From positions 160,001 to 224,000 of the forward strand of contig JBPOGH010000002.1 in assembly GCA_051252135.1 (NCBI GenBank): a stretch of DNA of 64,000 nt, given 5' to 3'. The notes beneath the pieces were generated by a model. It had not been told where the DNA came from. It ran no database searches and saw only the letters and a program-made list of their open reading frames with translations. The stretch's first letter is position 1, and each line of letters opens with the position of its first letter. Made by a program: the position numbers and the translations under genes. This document shows positions 27,616 through 37,760 of this stretch, one piece after another. Source of the DNA: Verrucomicrobiaceae bacterium (GTDB lineage Bacteria; Verrucomicrobiota; Verrucomicrobiia; Verrucomicrobiales; Akkermansiaceae).

Positions 27616-29426
27616 TGAAAACGACTGTTGTCTTATTGAGTGTGTTGGCGGTGCCTTTTTCGGAGGCCCGGGTAGTGAATGTGGCGGATCACGGGATTGT
27701 TCCCGGGAAGGATGTGACGTTGCCGGTTTACCTTTTGCTGGAATCGCTGAAGGATGAGGCAGGGGTGACGCTGACGTTTCCGAAGGGGACTTATGATTTC
27801 TATCCCGAGAATGCCTATGAGGAGTATCGGGCGGTGACCAATCACGACAACAGCTTGAAGCGGATGGCCTTTCCGCTTTTTGAGCGGAAGGATTTTACGC
27901 TGGATGGCGGTGGGTCGACGTTTCTGTTTCGCGGGCGGATGAGTCCGGTGGTGGTGGCGAAATCGGAAGGGACGACGCTGAAGAATTTCTCGATCGATTG
28001 GGTGCGGAGTTTTCATTCCGAGTTACCGGTGGTGGAGTCGAACCAGGAGAAGAGCTACTTCGTGGCGGAGGTCGATCGCGAGAGGTATCCCTACACGGTG
28101 AAGGGGGGGGAGATTCTTTTTGATCACTACAACTTCCAGATGGAGTTCGGGAACAACATGGTTTTTGACCCGGAAACGGGGAGTCCGATCTTCAACACGA
28201 ACGATTACAAGGTGAACACGTGGGGTGGGTTGAAGGTGACGGAGGTGGGGGAGAACCGGATCAAGGTGGAGTCGAAATTTAAGAAGAGTCCGCCGCCGGT
28301 GGGATCGGTGGTGGTGTCCTACGGGGAGAATCCGGTGACGCGCTTGGCACAGGCGATTCATCTGGATCAAGCGAAGGATACGAAGATTGAGAATGTGACG
28401 GTTTATGCGGCCGGGGGGATGGCGGTGATCGCGGAGCGGTGCGAGAATGTGGAGCTGGATGGGGTGAAGGTGACTTCGACCGAGGAGCGGATGATCTCGA
28501 CACGGGCGGATGCGACGCATTTTTTGGGATGCAAGGGTTTGGTGAAGGTGGAGAACTGTCTTTTTGAGCATATGCTGGATGACAGCATCAATGTGCACGG
28601 GGCCTACGTGCGGATTGACGGGTATCTGGGCGACCGGAAGTTTATTTGTGCATCGAGTCACCCGCAGCAGTGGGGTTTTGTGTTTGCGGAGGCGGGTGAT
28701 GAGATCGCGGTGCTTTCGAGGGAGACGGTGTTGCCGTTTTTCAACGCGACGGTGGAGGACGTGAAGTGGCTGAATGAGGAGCGGGTGATTATCACGGTGT
28801 CCGAGGTGCCGGAGACGCTGCCGGAAGGGCCGCTCTCGATGGAGAATCTGACATGGTATCCTGATTTGATTTTCCGCAAGAATATCACGCGGGAAAACCG
28901 GGCGCGGAGTGTGCTGGTGACGACGAAGGGAAAGGCTCTCCTGGAAGAGAATTACTTTTACTCGCAGATGCACGGCATCCTGATCGAGGGCGATAACAAG
29001 TCGTGGTATGAGTCGGGAGGGGTGGGCGATGTGACGATCAACAACAACGTTTTTGAGAACATTGGATTTGAGGGAGGGGCGGCGTATCCGCTTTTGGCGT
29101 CGCCCTTGCTCACGCCGGATCAGCGGATGGGCGAGGGGCATTATCACCGGAATGTGCGTTTCACGAACAACACGATCAAGAGTTTCAACGGGCTGTTGGC
29201 GCAGGCGAAATCGGTGAAGGGCTTGGTGATTGAGGGGAACAAGATGGAAGTGAGTGCGGATTACCCGAACTTCTACAAATATCCTTCGATTGATTTGTTT
29301 TACTGTGATGAGGTGAGCATCAAGAACAACTCGGCGACCGGGTTTGCGCAGCCGCTGGAGATTGTGACGTCTGAGAATACAACCGGGGTGACGATTGAGG
29401 GCAACACGGGATTTGTGGAGAAATAA
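27615..29426 (+). CDS. GH110 alpha-1,3-galactosidase-like right-handed beta-helix enzyme
   Basis: FPKGTYDFYP, TNHD, ADATHF, MLDDSINVHG, NRARSVLVTT, WYESG; its start overlaps the upstream stop (TGATG). Confidence 0.85.
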   Translation: MKTTVVLLSVLAVPFSEARVVNVADHGIVPGKDVTLPVYLLLESLKDEAGVTLTFPKGTYDFYPENAYEEYRAVTNHDNSLKRMAFPLFERKDFTLDGGGSTFLFRGRMSPVVVAKSEGTTLKNFSIDWVRSFHSELPVVESNQEKSYFVAEVDRERYPYTVKGGEILFDHYNFQMEFGNNMVFDPETGSPIFNTNDYKVNTWGGLKVTEVGENRIKVESKFKKSPPPVGSVVVSYGENPVTRLAQAIHLDQAKDTKIENVTVYAAGGMAVIAERCENVELDGVKVTSTEERMISTRADATHFLGCKGLVKVENCLFEHMLDDSINVHGAYVRIDGYLGDRKFICASSHPQQWGFVFAEAGDEIAVLSRETVLPFFNATVEDVKWLNEERVIITVSEVPETLPEGPLSMENLTWYPDLIFRKNITRENRARSVLVTTKGKALLEENYFYSQMHGILIEGDNKSWYESGGVGDVTINNNVFENIGFEGGAAYPLLASPLLTPDQRMGEGHYHRNVRFTNNTIKSFNGLLAQAKSVKGLVIEGNKMEVSADYPNFYKYPSIDLFYCDEVSIKNNSATGFAQPLEIVTSENTTGVTIEGNTGFVEK

Positions 29427-29427
29427 G

Positions 29428-30924
29428 ATGAAGAAGAGAATTGCGGCGTTGTTTGTTGTATTGCTTGGGAATGTGGCCCAGGCGGAGAAGCCGAATATCA
29501 TTTGGCTGATGGCGGAGGATATGGGACTTGATCTGGAGTGCTACGGGATGCCGGGGGTGAAGACGCCGCATCTGAACCAGATGGCGAAAGAGGGGATTCT
29601 TTTTCAGAAGGCCTACTGTACGAATCCGATTTGCTCGCCGAACCGGTCGGCGATGATGATCGGGGTGCATCAGAACATTACGAACACGCACAATCACCGG
29701 AGCAATCGGGATGTGCCGCTTGAGGCACCTTTTCAGCCGATCACCTATTTTTTAAGGGAGGCGGGTTACACCTGTTTGCTGGGTCATGATCTGGTGATGA
29801 AGAAGGGGACGAAGACGGATTGTAATTTCAAGCATACGCCGACGGGGGAGTGGGACGGGGTGGAGAAGTTTGGGTTGTTTGACAAGAGGGCGGATTTCAC
29901 GGCGGCGGATCAGCCTTTTTTTAGCCAGATTCAGTTGGTGGTGACGCACCGGGGTGATTGGTGGAACGGGGTGCGGGAGAAGTCGGAGCATCCGGTGGCG
30001 GTGGAAGATGTGGTGTTGCCTCCGTATTTTTCCGATACGCCGGAGATTCGCTACGATTGGGCGGCTTATTTGGATACGGTGGAATACATGGACAACGAGG
30101 TGGGGTTGTTGATGGCGGATTTGAGGAAGCAGGGGCTGGAGAAGAATACGGTGGTGATTTTTATCGCGGATAACGGGCGGTGCAATTTGCGGGGGAAAGG
30201 ATACCTGCAGGAGCCGGGGATTCATGTGCCGATGATTGTGTGGGCACCGGGAATGGTGGAGTCCGGCAAGGTGGTGGAGGAGTTGGTGAGCACGATTGAT
30301 ATTTCGGCGACGGTGTTGAAACTGGCGGGCGCGGAGAATCCGGATTACATGACGGCGAAGCCGATCTTTGGGGTGGAGAATCCGGGGTATCGGGATCATG
30401 TGCGGTCGGCCCGGGATATTTGGGATGAGATCAATGAGTGCTCGCGGAGCATCACGACGGCGAAATTTAAGTACATCAAGAATCACATGCCGGAGGTGCC
30501 CTGGGCAACGGATCAGGCGTATTTGGAGATTAACCGGCCGGCGCTGCACGTGATGCGGCGGCAGAAGAAGGAAGGGGCGCTTTCGGCTTACGAGATGATC
30601 TTTTTTGCGGATGAGAAGCCGGAGGAGGAGCTTTATGATCTGGAGAACGATCCGGATGAGCTGAACAATTTGGCGGGGGATCCGGAGTATGCGGCGGTTT
30701 TGCGTGAGATGCGGATGAAGGAGCTGCAGTGGATCTCGAAGAACCGGGATCGGGGGCTGGAGGATTTTTCGACGCGTGAGCCTGAGAAGGGGTTGGCGGC
30801 GGAGCGGGCGCGGGCGGGGGTGAAGGCGAATGAGCCCGAGCTCTGGGAGCGTCTGGAGAAGGGGGAGTTGATGGAGACGCAGGGATGGATGAAGAAGTAT
30901 AAGAAGTGGCCGTTGAAGAATTGA
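29428..30924 (+). CDS. Sulfatase (S1 family)
   Basis: PNIIWLMAEDM, CSPNRSA, IFIADNGR, EELYDLENDP. Confidence 0.9.
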   Translation: MKKRIAALFVVLLGNVAQAEKPNIIWLMAEDMGLDLECYGMPGVKTPHLNQMAKEGILFQKAYCTNPICSPNRSAMMIGVHQNITNTHNHRSNRDVPLEAPFQPITYFLREAGYTCLLGHDLVMKKGTKTDCNFKHTPTGEWDGVEKFGLFDKRADFTAADQPFFSQIQLVVTHRGDWWNGVREKSEHPVAVEDVVLPPYFSDTPEIRYDWAAYLDTVEYMDNEVGLLMADLRKQGLEKNTVVIFIADNGRCNLRGKGYLQEPGIHVPMIVWAPGMVESGKVVEELVSTIDISATVLKLAGAENPDYMTAKPIFGVENPGYRDHVRSARDIWDEINECSRSITTAKFKYIKNHMPEVPWATDQAYLEINRPALHVMRRQKKEGALSAYEMIFFADEKPEEELYDLENDPDELNNLAGDPEYAAVLREMRMKELQWISKNRDRGLEDFSTREPEKGLAAERARAGVKANEPELWERLEKGELMETQGWMKKYKKWPLKN

Positions 30925-30970
30925 GGGCCGAAAAAAGGCCATGCTTCCGAAGAAACATGACCTTTCCAGG

Positions 30971-31188
30971 TTAGGGGAAACACTGCTTCAAGATGAAGCC
31001 CGCTGAACGGTTTCATGGATTTTTTAGCCAGGGAAGCTTGGCTTCCGAGGTGAGAGGAGCTGCAGTCTTTTTGGAGTCTGGCGGCGTTGCTCAGGGAGCC
31101 GCTGATGATCAGCGTCGCCCTTCGCGCCTTGCCAGACTTCAACATGACTTGCAGCAGCGAACTCCCTCTTTCATCAGCGCTTCCCCAG
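30971..31188. mobile_element. MITE copy 2 (degenerate left end)
   Basis: Interior and right TIR match copy 1; left end GGAAACACTGCTTCAAGATGAAG; lies between convergent genes. Confidence 0.85.
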
Positions 31189-31213
31189 GGGGGTAATTTT
31201 GAGATGGGTGGGT

Positions 31214-32023
31214 TTACCGGCGTCCTCTGCTTCCGCGGTCTCCGCGGTCGTCACCGCCACCACGGTTGCCCGGGGATGGGCTTTGGGTGGCGCGGGAAGG
31301 CCGGTTGCTGAAGTTCGGCTGAGGCAGCGTGGGCGAGGTGCTTGGCTGGGGTCTGGGTGCCGGGGGAGAGGTTTGGCGGAACGAAGGGCCGGCCTTGGCT
31401 GCGGCTACCCGGCGTGCGGCTTCAGCTCTGGCATCGATTGATCCGGACAATCCCTGACGTTGGGGGATGACGGGGGTGGAGGGTCGCTGGATCACGGTGG
31501 GCCGGGTTGAGACGGTGGTGCGACCCGGGATGGTGGTGCGGGAGTGGCTGGAGCCTCTGGGGTCACTGCCGTAGCTCCGGTTCGATCCGGAGGAGCGTGA
31601 GTTGCCGTAGGAAGGATGGGAGGTGGAGTGATTTCCGTAGGATGAGTGTCCTCCGGAGTGGCGTCCGCGGGCGTTTTGGGCCCGGGCGAGATAGGAGGGA
31701 GCACTGAGGGTGCGTCCTTTCCGGTATCCGGAAGGATAGACCGCGTGGCTGTGACGAGTGGGTGCACTGCTGTGGTAGCGATGGTTGAGGTGATCGTAAT
31801 ACTGGCGAGTGCGGTAGTCGTAGTAGCAGCGGCGGTAAGGATCGTAGCCCCAGTAGCTGTTGCTGGTGCGGATGATCCCGACGTGGGCGACTGAGTTGTA
31901 ACCGTACCCCGAATTATATCCGGAGTTGTATCCGCCGTAGTAACCGGTGGATTGATACTCTCCACAGGAGGAGAGGAGGAAAGTGAGGCCTAGGCCGGCC
32001 AGAAGCGTAACGAGGCTTTTCAT
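31214..32023 (-). CDS. Hypothetical lipoprotein with Tyr/Gly/His/Ser- and Pro/Arg-rich low-complexity regions
   Basis: Lipobox LLSS-C; GYNSGYNSGY repeats; disordered tail. Confidence 0.65.
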   Translation of the reverse strand: MKSLVTLLAGLGLTFLLSSCGEYQSTGYYGGYNSGYNSGYGYNSVAHVGIIRTSNSYWGYDPYRRCYYDYRTRQYYDHLNHRYHSSAPTRHSHAVYPSGYRKGRTLSAPSYLARAQNARGRHSGGHSSYGNHSTSHPSYGNSRSSGSNRSYGSDPRGSSHSRTTIPGRTTVSTRPTVIQRPSTPVIPQRQGLSGSIDARAEAARRVAAAKAGPSFRQTSPPAPRPQPSTSPTLPQPNFSNRPSRATQSPSPGNRGGGDDRGDRGSRGRR

Positions 32024-32073
32024 AACATTAAGTGAAACGGGGAATGGGGAGGTTGTATTCAAGAATGGGGAAA

Positions 32074-33282
32074 TTATTTATTAAAGGCACTGTAAACCAA
32101 TGGTTTAACGGTTGTTTCGAGATTCCAGTTGTAGGGCATGGTTTGTTCCATGGTGACGACTACGAGGTCATGTTGAGGGGAGATCCAGTAGTGGGTGCTG
32201 GCGGCGCCGCCCCAGCCGTATTCGCCGATGGGGGCGTGGGGGTCCCAGCGTTCGTCCTTGGCGGTGCGGACGCAGAAGCCGAGGCCGAATCCGGTGCCGT
32301 GGCGTTGTTCTTCACCGAAGGAGATGCAGGGGATGTCGAGGGGGAGTTGGTTGGTGCGCATGAGGGTGACGGTGTCTTCCCTGAGGTAGCGGGTGCCATC
32401 GAGGGTGCCGCCATTTGCGATCATTTGGAGGAAGCGTGCGTAGTCGGAGATGGTGGAGATGAGCCCGCTGCCACCGCCTTTGAAGGGTGGGTTTTTGAGG
32501 GCGGTGAGATTGGCGAGGGGGTGGCCTTTGAGGGTGCCGTTGTCCGGGGAGTAGGTGACGGCGAGCCGTGGGGCGTCTTTGGGTTTGATGTAGAAGGAGG
32601 TGTCCTGCATGCCGAGGGGGGTGAGGAGGCGTTCCTGAATGAAGTCCTCGAAGGGTTGTTTGGCGGCGCTGGCGACGACGGCGGCGAGGACATCGGAGCT
32701 GAGTCCGTAGACCCAGCGTTCACCGGGTTGGTAGAGGAGGGGGAGGGGGCCGAGGGCTTCGATGGTTTGGGAGAGGGAGGCGTCGGAGTTGCCGACTCCG
32801 GCATCGCGGTAGATTTTGCTGAAGTCGCCGGACCAGGAGTTGGCGTATCCGGAGGTGTGGCGGAGGAGGTCGCGGACGGTGGTGTGGCGTCGGGCGGGTT
32901 CGGTTTTGTCCTCGCTGAGGAGGACGGCTTGGTTTTTGAGAGCGGGGAGGTGGAGTCCGATGGGGTCATCGAGGGAGAGTTTTCCTTCTTCGCAGAGGAT
33001 GAGGGCGGCGGCGGAGGTGATGCCCTTGGTCATGGAGTAGATGCGGAAGAGGGTGTCTTTTTCGATGGGGAGTTTTTTATCGATGTTCCGGTATCCGAAT
33101 TCCTGTTGATAGACGGTTTTTCCCCGGTGGAGGACGAGGACGGAGCCGCCGGCGAGTTTTTGTTCGGCGATGAGGGCTTCGATGGCGGGGCCGATGGCGT
33201 TGAGCTTATCGGGGTTGAGGGTGGGGCCGGCCTGGCGGGCGTGGGCGGAAAGGGTGAGGGCAAGTATGAGGATCCAGCGCAT
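32074..33282 (-). CDS. Serine hydrolase, beta-lactamase class C-like family
   Basis: FRIYSMTK (SxxK), DLLRHTSG, PGERWVYG, YGWGGAAST. Confidence 0.9.
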   Translation of the reverse strand: MRWILILALTLSAHARQAGPTLNPDKLNAIGPAIEALIAEQKLAGGSVLVLHRGKTVYQQEFGYRNIDKKLPIEKDTLFRIYSMTKGITSAAALILCEEGKLSLDDPIGLHLPALKNQAVLLSEDKTEPARRHTTVRDLLRHTSGYANSWSGDFSKIYRDAGVGNSDASLSQTIEALGPLPLLYQPGERWVYGLSSDVLAAVVASAAKQPFEDFIQERLLTPLGMQDTSFYIKPKDAPRLAVTYSPDNGTLKGHPLANLTALKNPPFKGGGSGLISTISDYARFLQMIANGGTLDGTRYLREDTVTLMRTNQLPLDIPCISFGEEQRHGTGFGLGFCVRTAKDERWDPHAPIGEYGWGGAASTHYWISPQHDLVVVTMEQTMPYNWNLETTVKPLVYSAFNK

Positions 33283-33379
33283 CCCTACTGATGTAGTCCG
33301 TTTTGCGGGCGACACCATTCCAAAATCGTCAGACCTTTCTCACTGACTGCGACGTTAATCCTTTATAAGCTCCGAACCG

Positions 33380-34684
33380 ATGAAACCGATTTTTCTTCTT
33401 CCGCCGGTGGCGGCCCTTGTTGTTGCGGGGGTGTGGATTGGATCGCAGCAGGCTGATCTGACGGCTCTTGAGGAAAAGACGCGGGTGATGAGGGAGCGGA
33501 TTGCGGCTTATGAGTCCCTTCCGGAGGCGTCGGATCGACCGGGAACGGCGGTGGTGGTGGCGAAGAAGAAGGAGCCTTTTATCAATGAGGACGGGAGTCT
33601 GGATTGGGCGTCGATTGGTCGGGAGATGGTGCGCTCGCAGGGGGGAGGGGGGATGCCGCGGAACTTGCGGGCCTTTTTTAAGATTCAGGAGAAGCTTCTG
33701 GCGATGGATGGGGATGAGCTGGCAGCCGAGTTGTTGCGGGTGAGGGGGCTTGAGGTGAGCGCGGAGATTAAGGAGAATCTGGAGAGCATGTTGATCGGGG
33801 TGTTGGCGCAGCGTGACCCGGAGCAGGCGCTGACGTTGTTGGAGGGGAAGTTGGGGGATTCCAACGGGCGTGCGCCGTGGCAGTTGCGGCAGGCGTTTGA
33901 GGCGTGGGCGGCGAAGGATCTGGTGGCGGCTACGGCTTGGCTGGATGCGCGCAAGGAGGCGGGGGCGTTTGAGTCGAAGGCGCTTGATCCGGATCAGGAT
34001 TTGGCGAGGGAGTTTGAGGTGAGGTTATTGGGGGTGATGATCAAGGATGATCCGGCGGGGGTGCGGACGCGGCTGGCGGCGATGCCGGAGGATGAGAAGC
34101 GGAAGTTGCTGATGAATGCGAGCCAGTGGACGCGGGGTGAGGAGGCGATGGAGGAGTATTTGACTTTGGTGCGGGAGAATTTGAGTGACGGGGATCGTTA
34201 TGAGGCGATCGGGGAGGCGTATGGCCGGGTGGTGTATGAGGGGGGGCTGGAAGGGGTGACGGAAAAGCTTGCGGATGCGTCGTTGAGCGCGGAGGAGCGG
34301 GCGGCGGTGATTGAGCATGCGGTGGAGGGGTTTTCCCGGCCGTGGAACCGGAAGGCGGAGGATTTGCGTGAGGTGTATCCGTGGGCGGAGAAGGAGGCAC
34401 CGGAGCAGGTTGCGGAGCTGACGGGTGAGGCGTATGCGCGATTTGCGAGTCACCGGAATACGGATTTTGAGGAGACGTTTCGGGGGGTGCTGGAGGTGGC
34501 GGAGGAGCAGGGGAAGCCGGAGATTCTGGAGCACTTTGCGAACTCGGTGGAGCGATGGGACGGTCGGGCGGAGGGGATGAAGGATGAGGGGCTGCGTGCG
34601 CGGTATGAGGAGTTGATGGCGGGGCGGGAGAACCATGTGCCGGGTTCGCGGGTTGAAACGATTGAGGGAGCTCTTGCGGAGTAA
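33380..34684 (+). CDS. Hypothetical membrane-anchored alpha-helical repeat protein
   Basis: N-terminal TM, coiled coil, RDPEQAL and WAAKDLVAATAW repeats. Confidence 0.7.
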   Translation: MKPIFLLPPVAALVVAGVWIGSQQADLTALEEKTRVMRERIAAYESLPEASDRPGTAVVVAKKKEPFINEDGSLDWASIGREMVRSQGGGGMPRNLRAFFKIQEKLLAMDGDELAAELLRVRGLEVSAEIKENLESMLIGVLAQRDPEQALTLLEGKLGDSNGRAPWQLRQAFEAWAAKDLVAATAWLDARKEAGAFESKALDPDQDLAREFEVRLLGVMIKDDPAGVRTRLAAMPEDEKRKLLMNASQWTRGEEAMEEYLTLVRENLSDGDRYEAIGEAYGRVVYEGGLEGVTEKLADASLSAEERAAVIEHAVEGFSRPWNRKAEDLREVYPWAEKEAPEQVAELTGEAYARFASHRNTDFEETFRGVLEVAEEQGKPEILEHFANSVERWDGRAEGMKDEGLRARYEELMAGRENHVPGSRVETIEGALAE

Positions 34685-34702
34685 TTTTTAACAACTGATC
34701 TG

Positions 34703-35992
34703 ATGACCTATTCAATGATTATTGCGGCCTTGATCCTGGTGATTGCGGCGTTTTTTGGAATGAAGCGTCAGGAGCGAATCACGACGTTGACGACGGAGTG
34801 GGAGGAGTTGGTGGAGCAGGGAAGGGAGTATGATATTCCGGAGGATCCGGCGGCGGATTATGCGCCGACCCGGGTGGCGACGCGAACCGAGCGGATGGAG
34901 CGTCGTGAGATGGTGGATGATTTTTCAGCGGAGCTGATTGCCTTCATGAAGGAGATGAAGGAGGCGCGAAAAAACGGGAACGGGAATGATCCCGAGGTTC
35001 AGAAGAGGGGGATGGAGTTGATTGCCAGGATGTTGGATTTTTCGTCGGATGAGGTGCGGCTTTTGGTTGGCACGGTGCTGGAGGATCAGTCGCTTGATCA
35101 GGAGACGAAGCGCGAGCTGGTGATGATGTCGATCATGATGCTGAGCGAGAGCCAGCCGGAGACTTCATTGGCGCTGATTCTGGAGACGAAGAAGGATTAT
35201 TTCGAAGATGAGCGGATGGGCGATCATTTCATCGGGATGGCGATTGGGCAGTTGGCGAAGCGTGATCCGTTGGCGGCGCTGGAGTGGATGAATGAGAACA
35301 AGGATGAGATCGGGAAGGTGACGGATCAGATGCGGCGTCAGATTTTGATGTCTGCGGCATCACAGGATATGGGGTCGGCTCTGGGGATGATTGATGATCT
35401 GGAGTTTGATCAGAAGAAGGGGGTGGTGGGCTCGCTGGGTCAGGCGGTGACGAAGGAGAACGTGGGTGATTTTGTGACGGCGATGAGGGGGCTGAAGGAT
35501 CGGGATGAGGCGAGGGCGGGGCTGGGGAATATTGCGGGAAGTGTGTTTGGTAAGGATTTTAAGTTGATGACGACGTGGATGGGTGAGTCGGATTTGACGG
35601 CTGAGGAGCGCAAGGCGGTGTTGTCAGGGGTGAATTATCACAATACCAAGGGGGAGACGGGCAAGTGGCTGACTTACCTGACGACGCAGGAGAAGGGAGC
35701 GGAGAGTCCAGTGGTATCGAGTCTGGTGCAGGATTGGACGCGGAATGATTACCGGGCGGCGGGTGAGTGGGTGAATACGGTGGAGCAGGGACCGGCGCGG
35801 GATCGGGCGGCGCTGGCGTATGCGCAAACGTTAAGCCGGCATGAGCCGGAGGCGGCGGCGGTGTGGGCGGAGACGCTGCCGGCAGGGAAGCAGCGGCAGG
35901 ATTTGATGAAGGATATTCACCGGCAGTTGAGTCAGCGTGATCCGGAGGCGGCTGCGGCGTTTGCGCAGAAGCATGAGTTAGGGAAACACTGA
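34703..35992 (+). CDS. Hypothetical membrane-anchored alpha-helical repeat protein (similar architecture to the upstream gene)
   Basis: N-terminal TM; RDPLAALEW, WTRNDYRAAGEW, HEPEAAAVW, RDPEAAAAF repeats; the stop codon lies inside MITE copy 3. Confidence 0.7.
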   Translation: MTYSMIIAALILVIAAFFGMKRQERITTLTTEWEELVEQGREYDIPEDPAADYAPTRVATRTERMERREMVDDFSAELIAFMKEMKEARKNGNGNDPEVQKRGMELIARMLDFSSDEVRLLVGTVLEDQSLDQETKRELVMMSIMMLSESQPETSLALILETKKDYFEDERMGDHFIGMAIGQLAKRDPLAALEWMNENKDEIGKVTDQMRRQILMSAASQDMGSALGMIDDLEFDQKKGVVGSLGQAVTKENVGDFVTAMRGLKDRDEARAGLGNIAGSVFGKDFKLMTTWMGESDLTAEERKAVLSGVNYHNTKGETGKWLTYLTTQEKGAESPVVSSLVQDWTRNDYRAAGEWVNTVEQGPARDRAALAYAQTLSRHEPEAAAVWAETLPAGKQRQDLMKDIHRQLSQRDPEAAAAFAQKHELGKH

Positions 35993-36193
35993 TTAAAGAT
36001 GAAGCACGCTGATTTTTTGATGAGGTTTTTCATCAGGGAAGCTTCGCTTCCGAGGTGAGAGGAGCTGCAGCCCTTTTGGAGTCTAGCGGCGTTGCTCAGG
36101 GAGCCGCTGATCATCAGCGTCGCCCTTCGCGCCTTGCCAGACTTCAAAATGACTTGCAGCAGCGAACTCCCTCTTTCATCAGCGCTTCCTTAG
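35978..36193. mobile_element. MITE copy 3 (element 35982-36189, flanked by TTAG direct repeat)
   Basis: TTAG-GGAAACACTGATTAAAGA ... TCTTTCATCAGCGCTTCC-TTAG; interior matches copies 1 and 2. Confidence 0.85.
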
Positions 36194-36225
36194 GGGATTA
36201 GTTCTCCGTAGTTGAATTGGATTAG

Positions 36226-36260
36226 AACCCCAGTTGAACAGGATGGAGGGGATGGCTTGG
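36226..36260. repeat. 35 bp dispersed repeat, copy 2
   Basis: AACCCCAGTTGAACAGGATGGAGGGGATGGCTTGG; 31/35 identical to 26713-26747. Confidence 0.7.
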
Positions 36261-36333
36261 GCGGCGGGAAACCCTCAATCCCAGATGGAGAAATTCCTAC
36301 GCAGCACTCATTCGGCATTTTTCAGACGGCCTT

Positions 36334-37722
36334 TTAGAAATCGAGGTAGATTTCGGTGCGGCGGTTGGCGCGGCGGCCGGTGGGGTTGTCCTCGCCTGAT
36401 TCGGTGAAGTTGGGGAGGCGGGGTTTTGTTTTGCCGGCGGCCTCGGTGATCATTTGGGTCTCGGGGACGTTGACGGAGAGGAGGTATTTTTTGACGGCAT
36501 CCGCGCGTTTTTTGGAGAGGCTGTTGTTGTAGTCATCCGATCCGAGGGCGTCGGTGTGGCCGGAGAGGGTGAGTTTTTTGTCGGGGTCGGTGAGGAGGAG
36601 GGAGGCGACGATATCGAGCTGGCGCTGGGTGCGGGGGGTGAGGGTTTCTTCGTCGAAGCCGAAGTAGAGGATGAGGGTGTCTCCTCCGGAGGGGTTTTTG
36701 ACGAGGGGGGTGAAGTGGACGTCTCCGCCGGCGACGCGGGTGGCGTAGTCTGCGAGGAGTTGGTCGAGATTTACTTCGGTGACGCGCCAGGGTTGGGTTT
36801 CATCGGCCCGTTGGACGACGAGGCCGAACTCGGCTGCGCGCTCTCCGGCTTCATCCTGGACGTTAGCTTTGAAGCCGGCGGAGGTCTCGCGGTTGAACAT
36901 GGCGCGGAGGGGTTTTTCGTCGCGGAGGCGGTATTTGGCTTCTTCGAAGATGATGCAGAGTCCGGCGATCTTGGCGTCGGAGACTTTTTCGGAATCGACG
37001 AAGGATTTGGCGTCGTCGAAATTTTGTTCGAGGGCGGAGGCGAGGAAGGCGTCGGTGATGCCGAGGGCGTCTACGAAGACGACCCGTGAGGGTTTTGCGC
37101 CTTCTTTGACGGCGGGCGGGAGGGTGAGTTTGTCGACGCCCCATTTTCCGGTGTCGCGGCGTGCGAGGTCGAAGTAGATGCGGGAGCCGAAGTCGTCATC
37201 GAGGTTGAGGGCCCAGCGTGCGCGGCGGTTGGCCTCGAGTTCTCCGATCTCGGAGACGGGTCGTGCGGGGTGGAGGCGGAGTTTATCGGCCTCGGCGAGG
37301 GATTGGAGGGCGGCGAGGTGGTTGGCGGTGAGGGCGTCCTTACCGATGAGGGTGGCGGCTTTTTCGATTTCCCCGGCATCGAGGGCGGCTCCGATTTTTT
37401 GGAGGAGGGCTTTTGGGGTGAGTTCGGCGGCGCCGATGCCGACGGCGGTGAGCATTTCCTCGGGGGTGCGGGGCTTCTCGAGGTTGGGAGTATTTTCGGG
37501 GGAGGGGGGATTGCCGAAGGGGTCTTCGGGATCGGGTTCGATGACGGGTTCGGGGGTTTTGTCTTCGACGGTTGTTTCCTGTTCGGAGTTGTCGGCGACG
37601 GGCTCTTTGGGGGGAGAGCATTGGGTGGCGAAGAGGCCGATGGCGATGAGTCCAATGGCGATGACGCCGAGGAAGAAGTAGAGGCCAAAGTTCGAGCGGG
37701 GTTCGTCGATGGAGTAGCTCAT
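36334..37722 (-). CDS. OmpA-family peptidoglycan-binding protein with N-terminal membrane anchor
   Basis: LYFGFDE, SGHTDALGSDDYNNSLSKKRA, GRRANRRTEI. Confidence 0.85.
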   Translation of the reverse strand: MSYSIDEPRSNFGLYFFLGVIAIGLIAIGLFATQCSPPKEPVADNSEQETTVEDKTPEPVIEPDPEDPFGNPPSPENTPNLEKPRTPEEMLTAVGIGAAELTPKALLQKIGAALDAGEIEKAATLIGKDALTANHLAALQSLAEADKLRLHPARPVSEIGELEANRRARWALNLDDDFGSRIYFDLARRDTGKWGVDKLTLPPAVKEGAKPSRVVFVDALGITDAFLASALEQNFDDAKSFVDSEKVSDAKIAGLCIIFEEAKYRLRDEKPLRAMFNRETSAGFKANVQDEAGERAAEFGLVVQRADETQPWRVTEVNLDQLLADYATRVAGGDVHFTPLVKNPSGGDTLILYFGFDEETLTPRTQRQLDIVASLLLTDPDKKLTLSGHTDALGSDDYNNSLSKKRADAVKKYLLSVNVPETQMITEAAGKTKPRLPNFTESGEDNPTGRRANRRTEIYLDF

Positions 37723-37760
37723 GGGAGAAGGGATGGGTGGTTGGGGTGGAAGCCGGGTTG

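Noticed and set aside
32074..33282. Serine hydrolase as an antibiotic-resistance beta-lactamase controlled by the BlaI/BlaR1 pair
   Set aside because: Generic esterase-type family member 25 kb from the regulators, and the BlaR1-like protein has no penicillin-binding domain.
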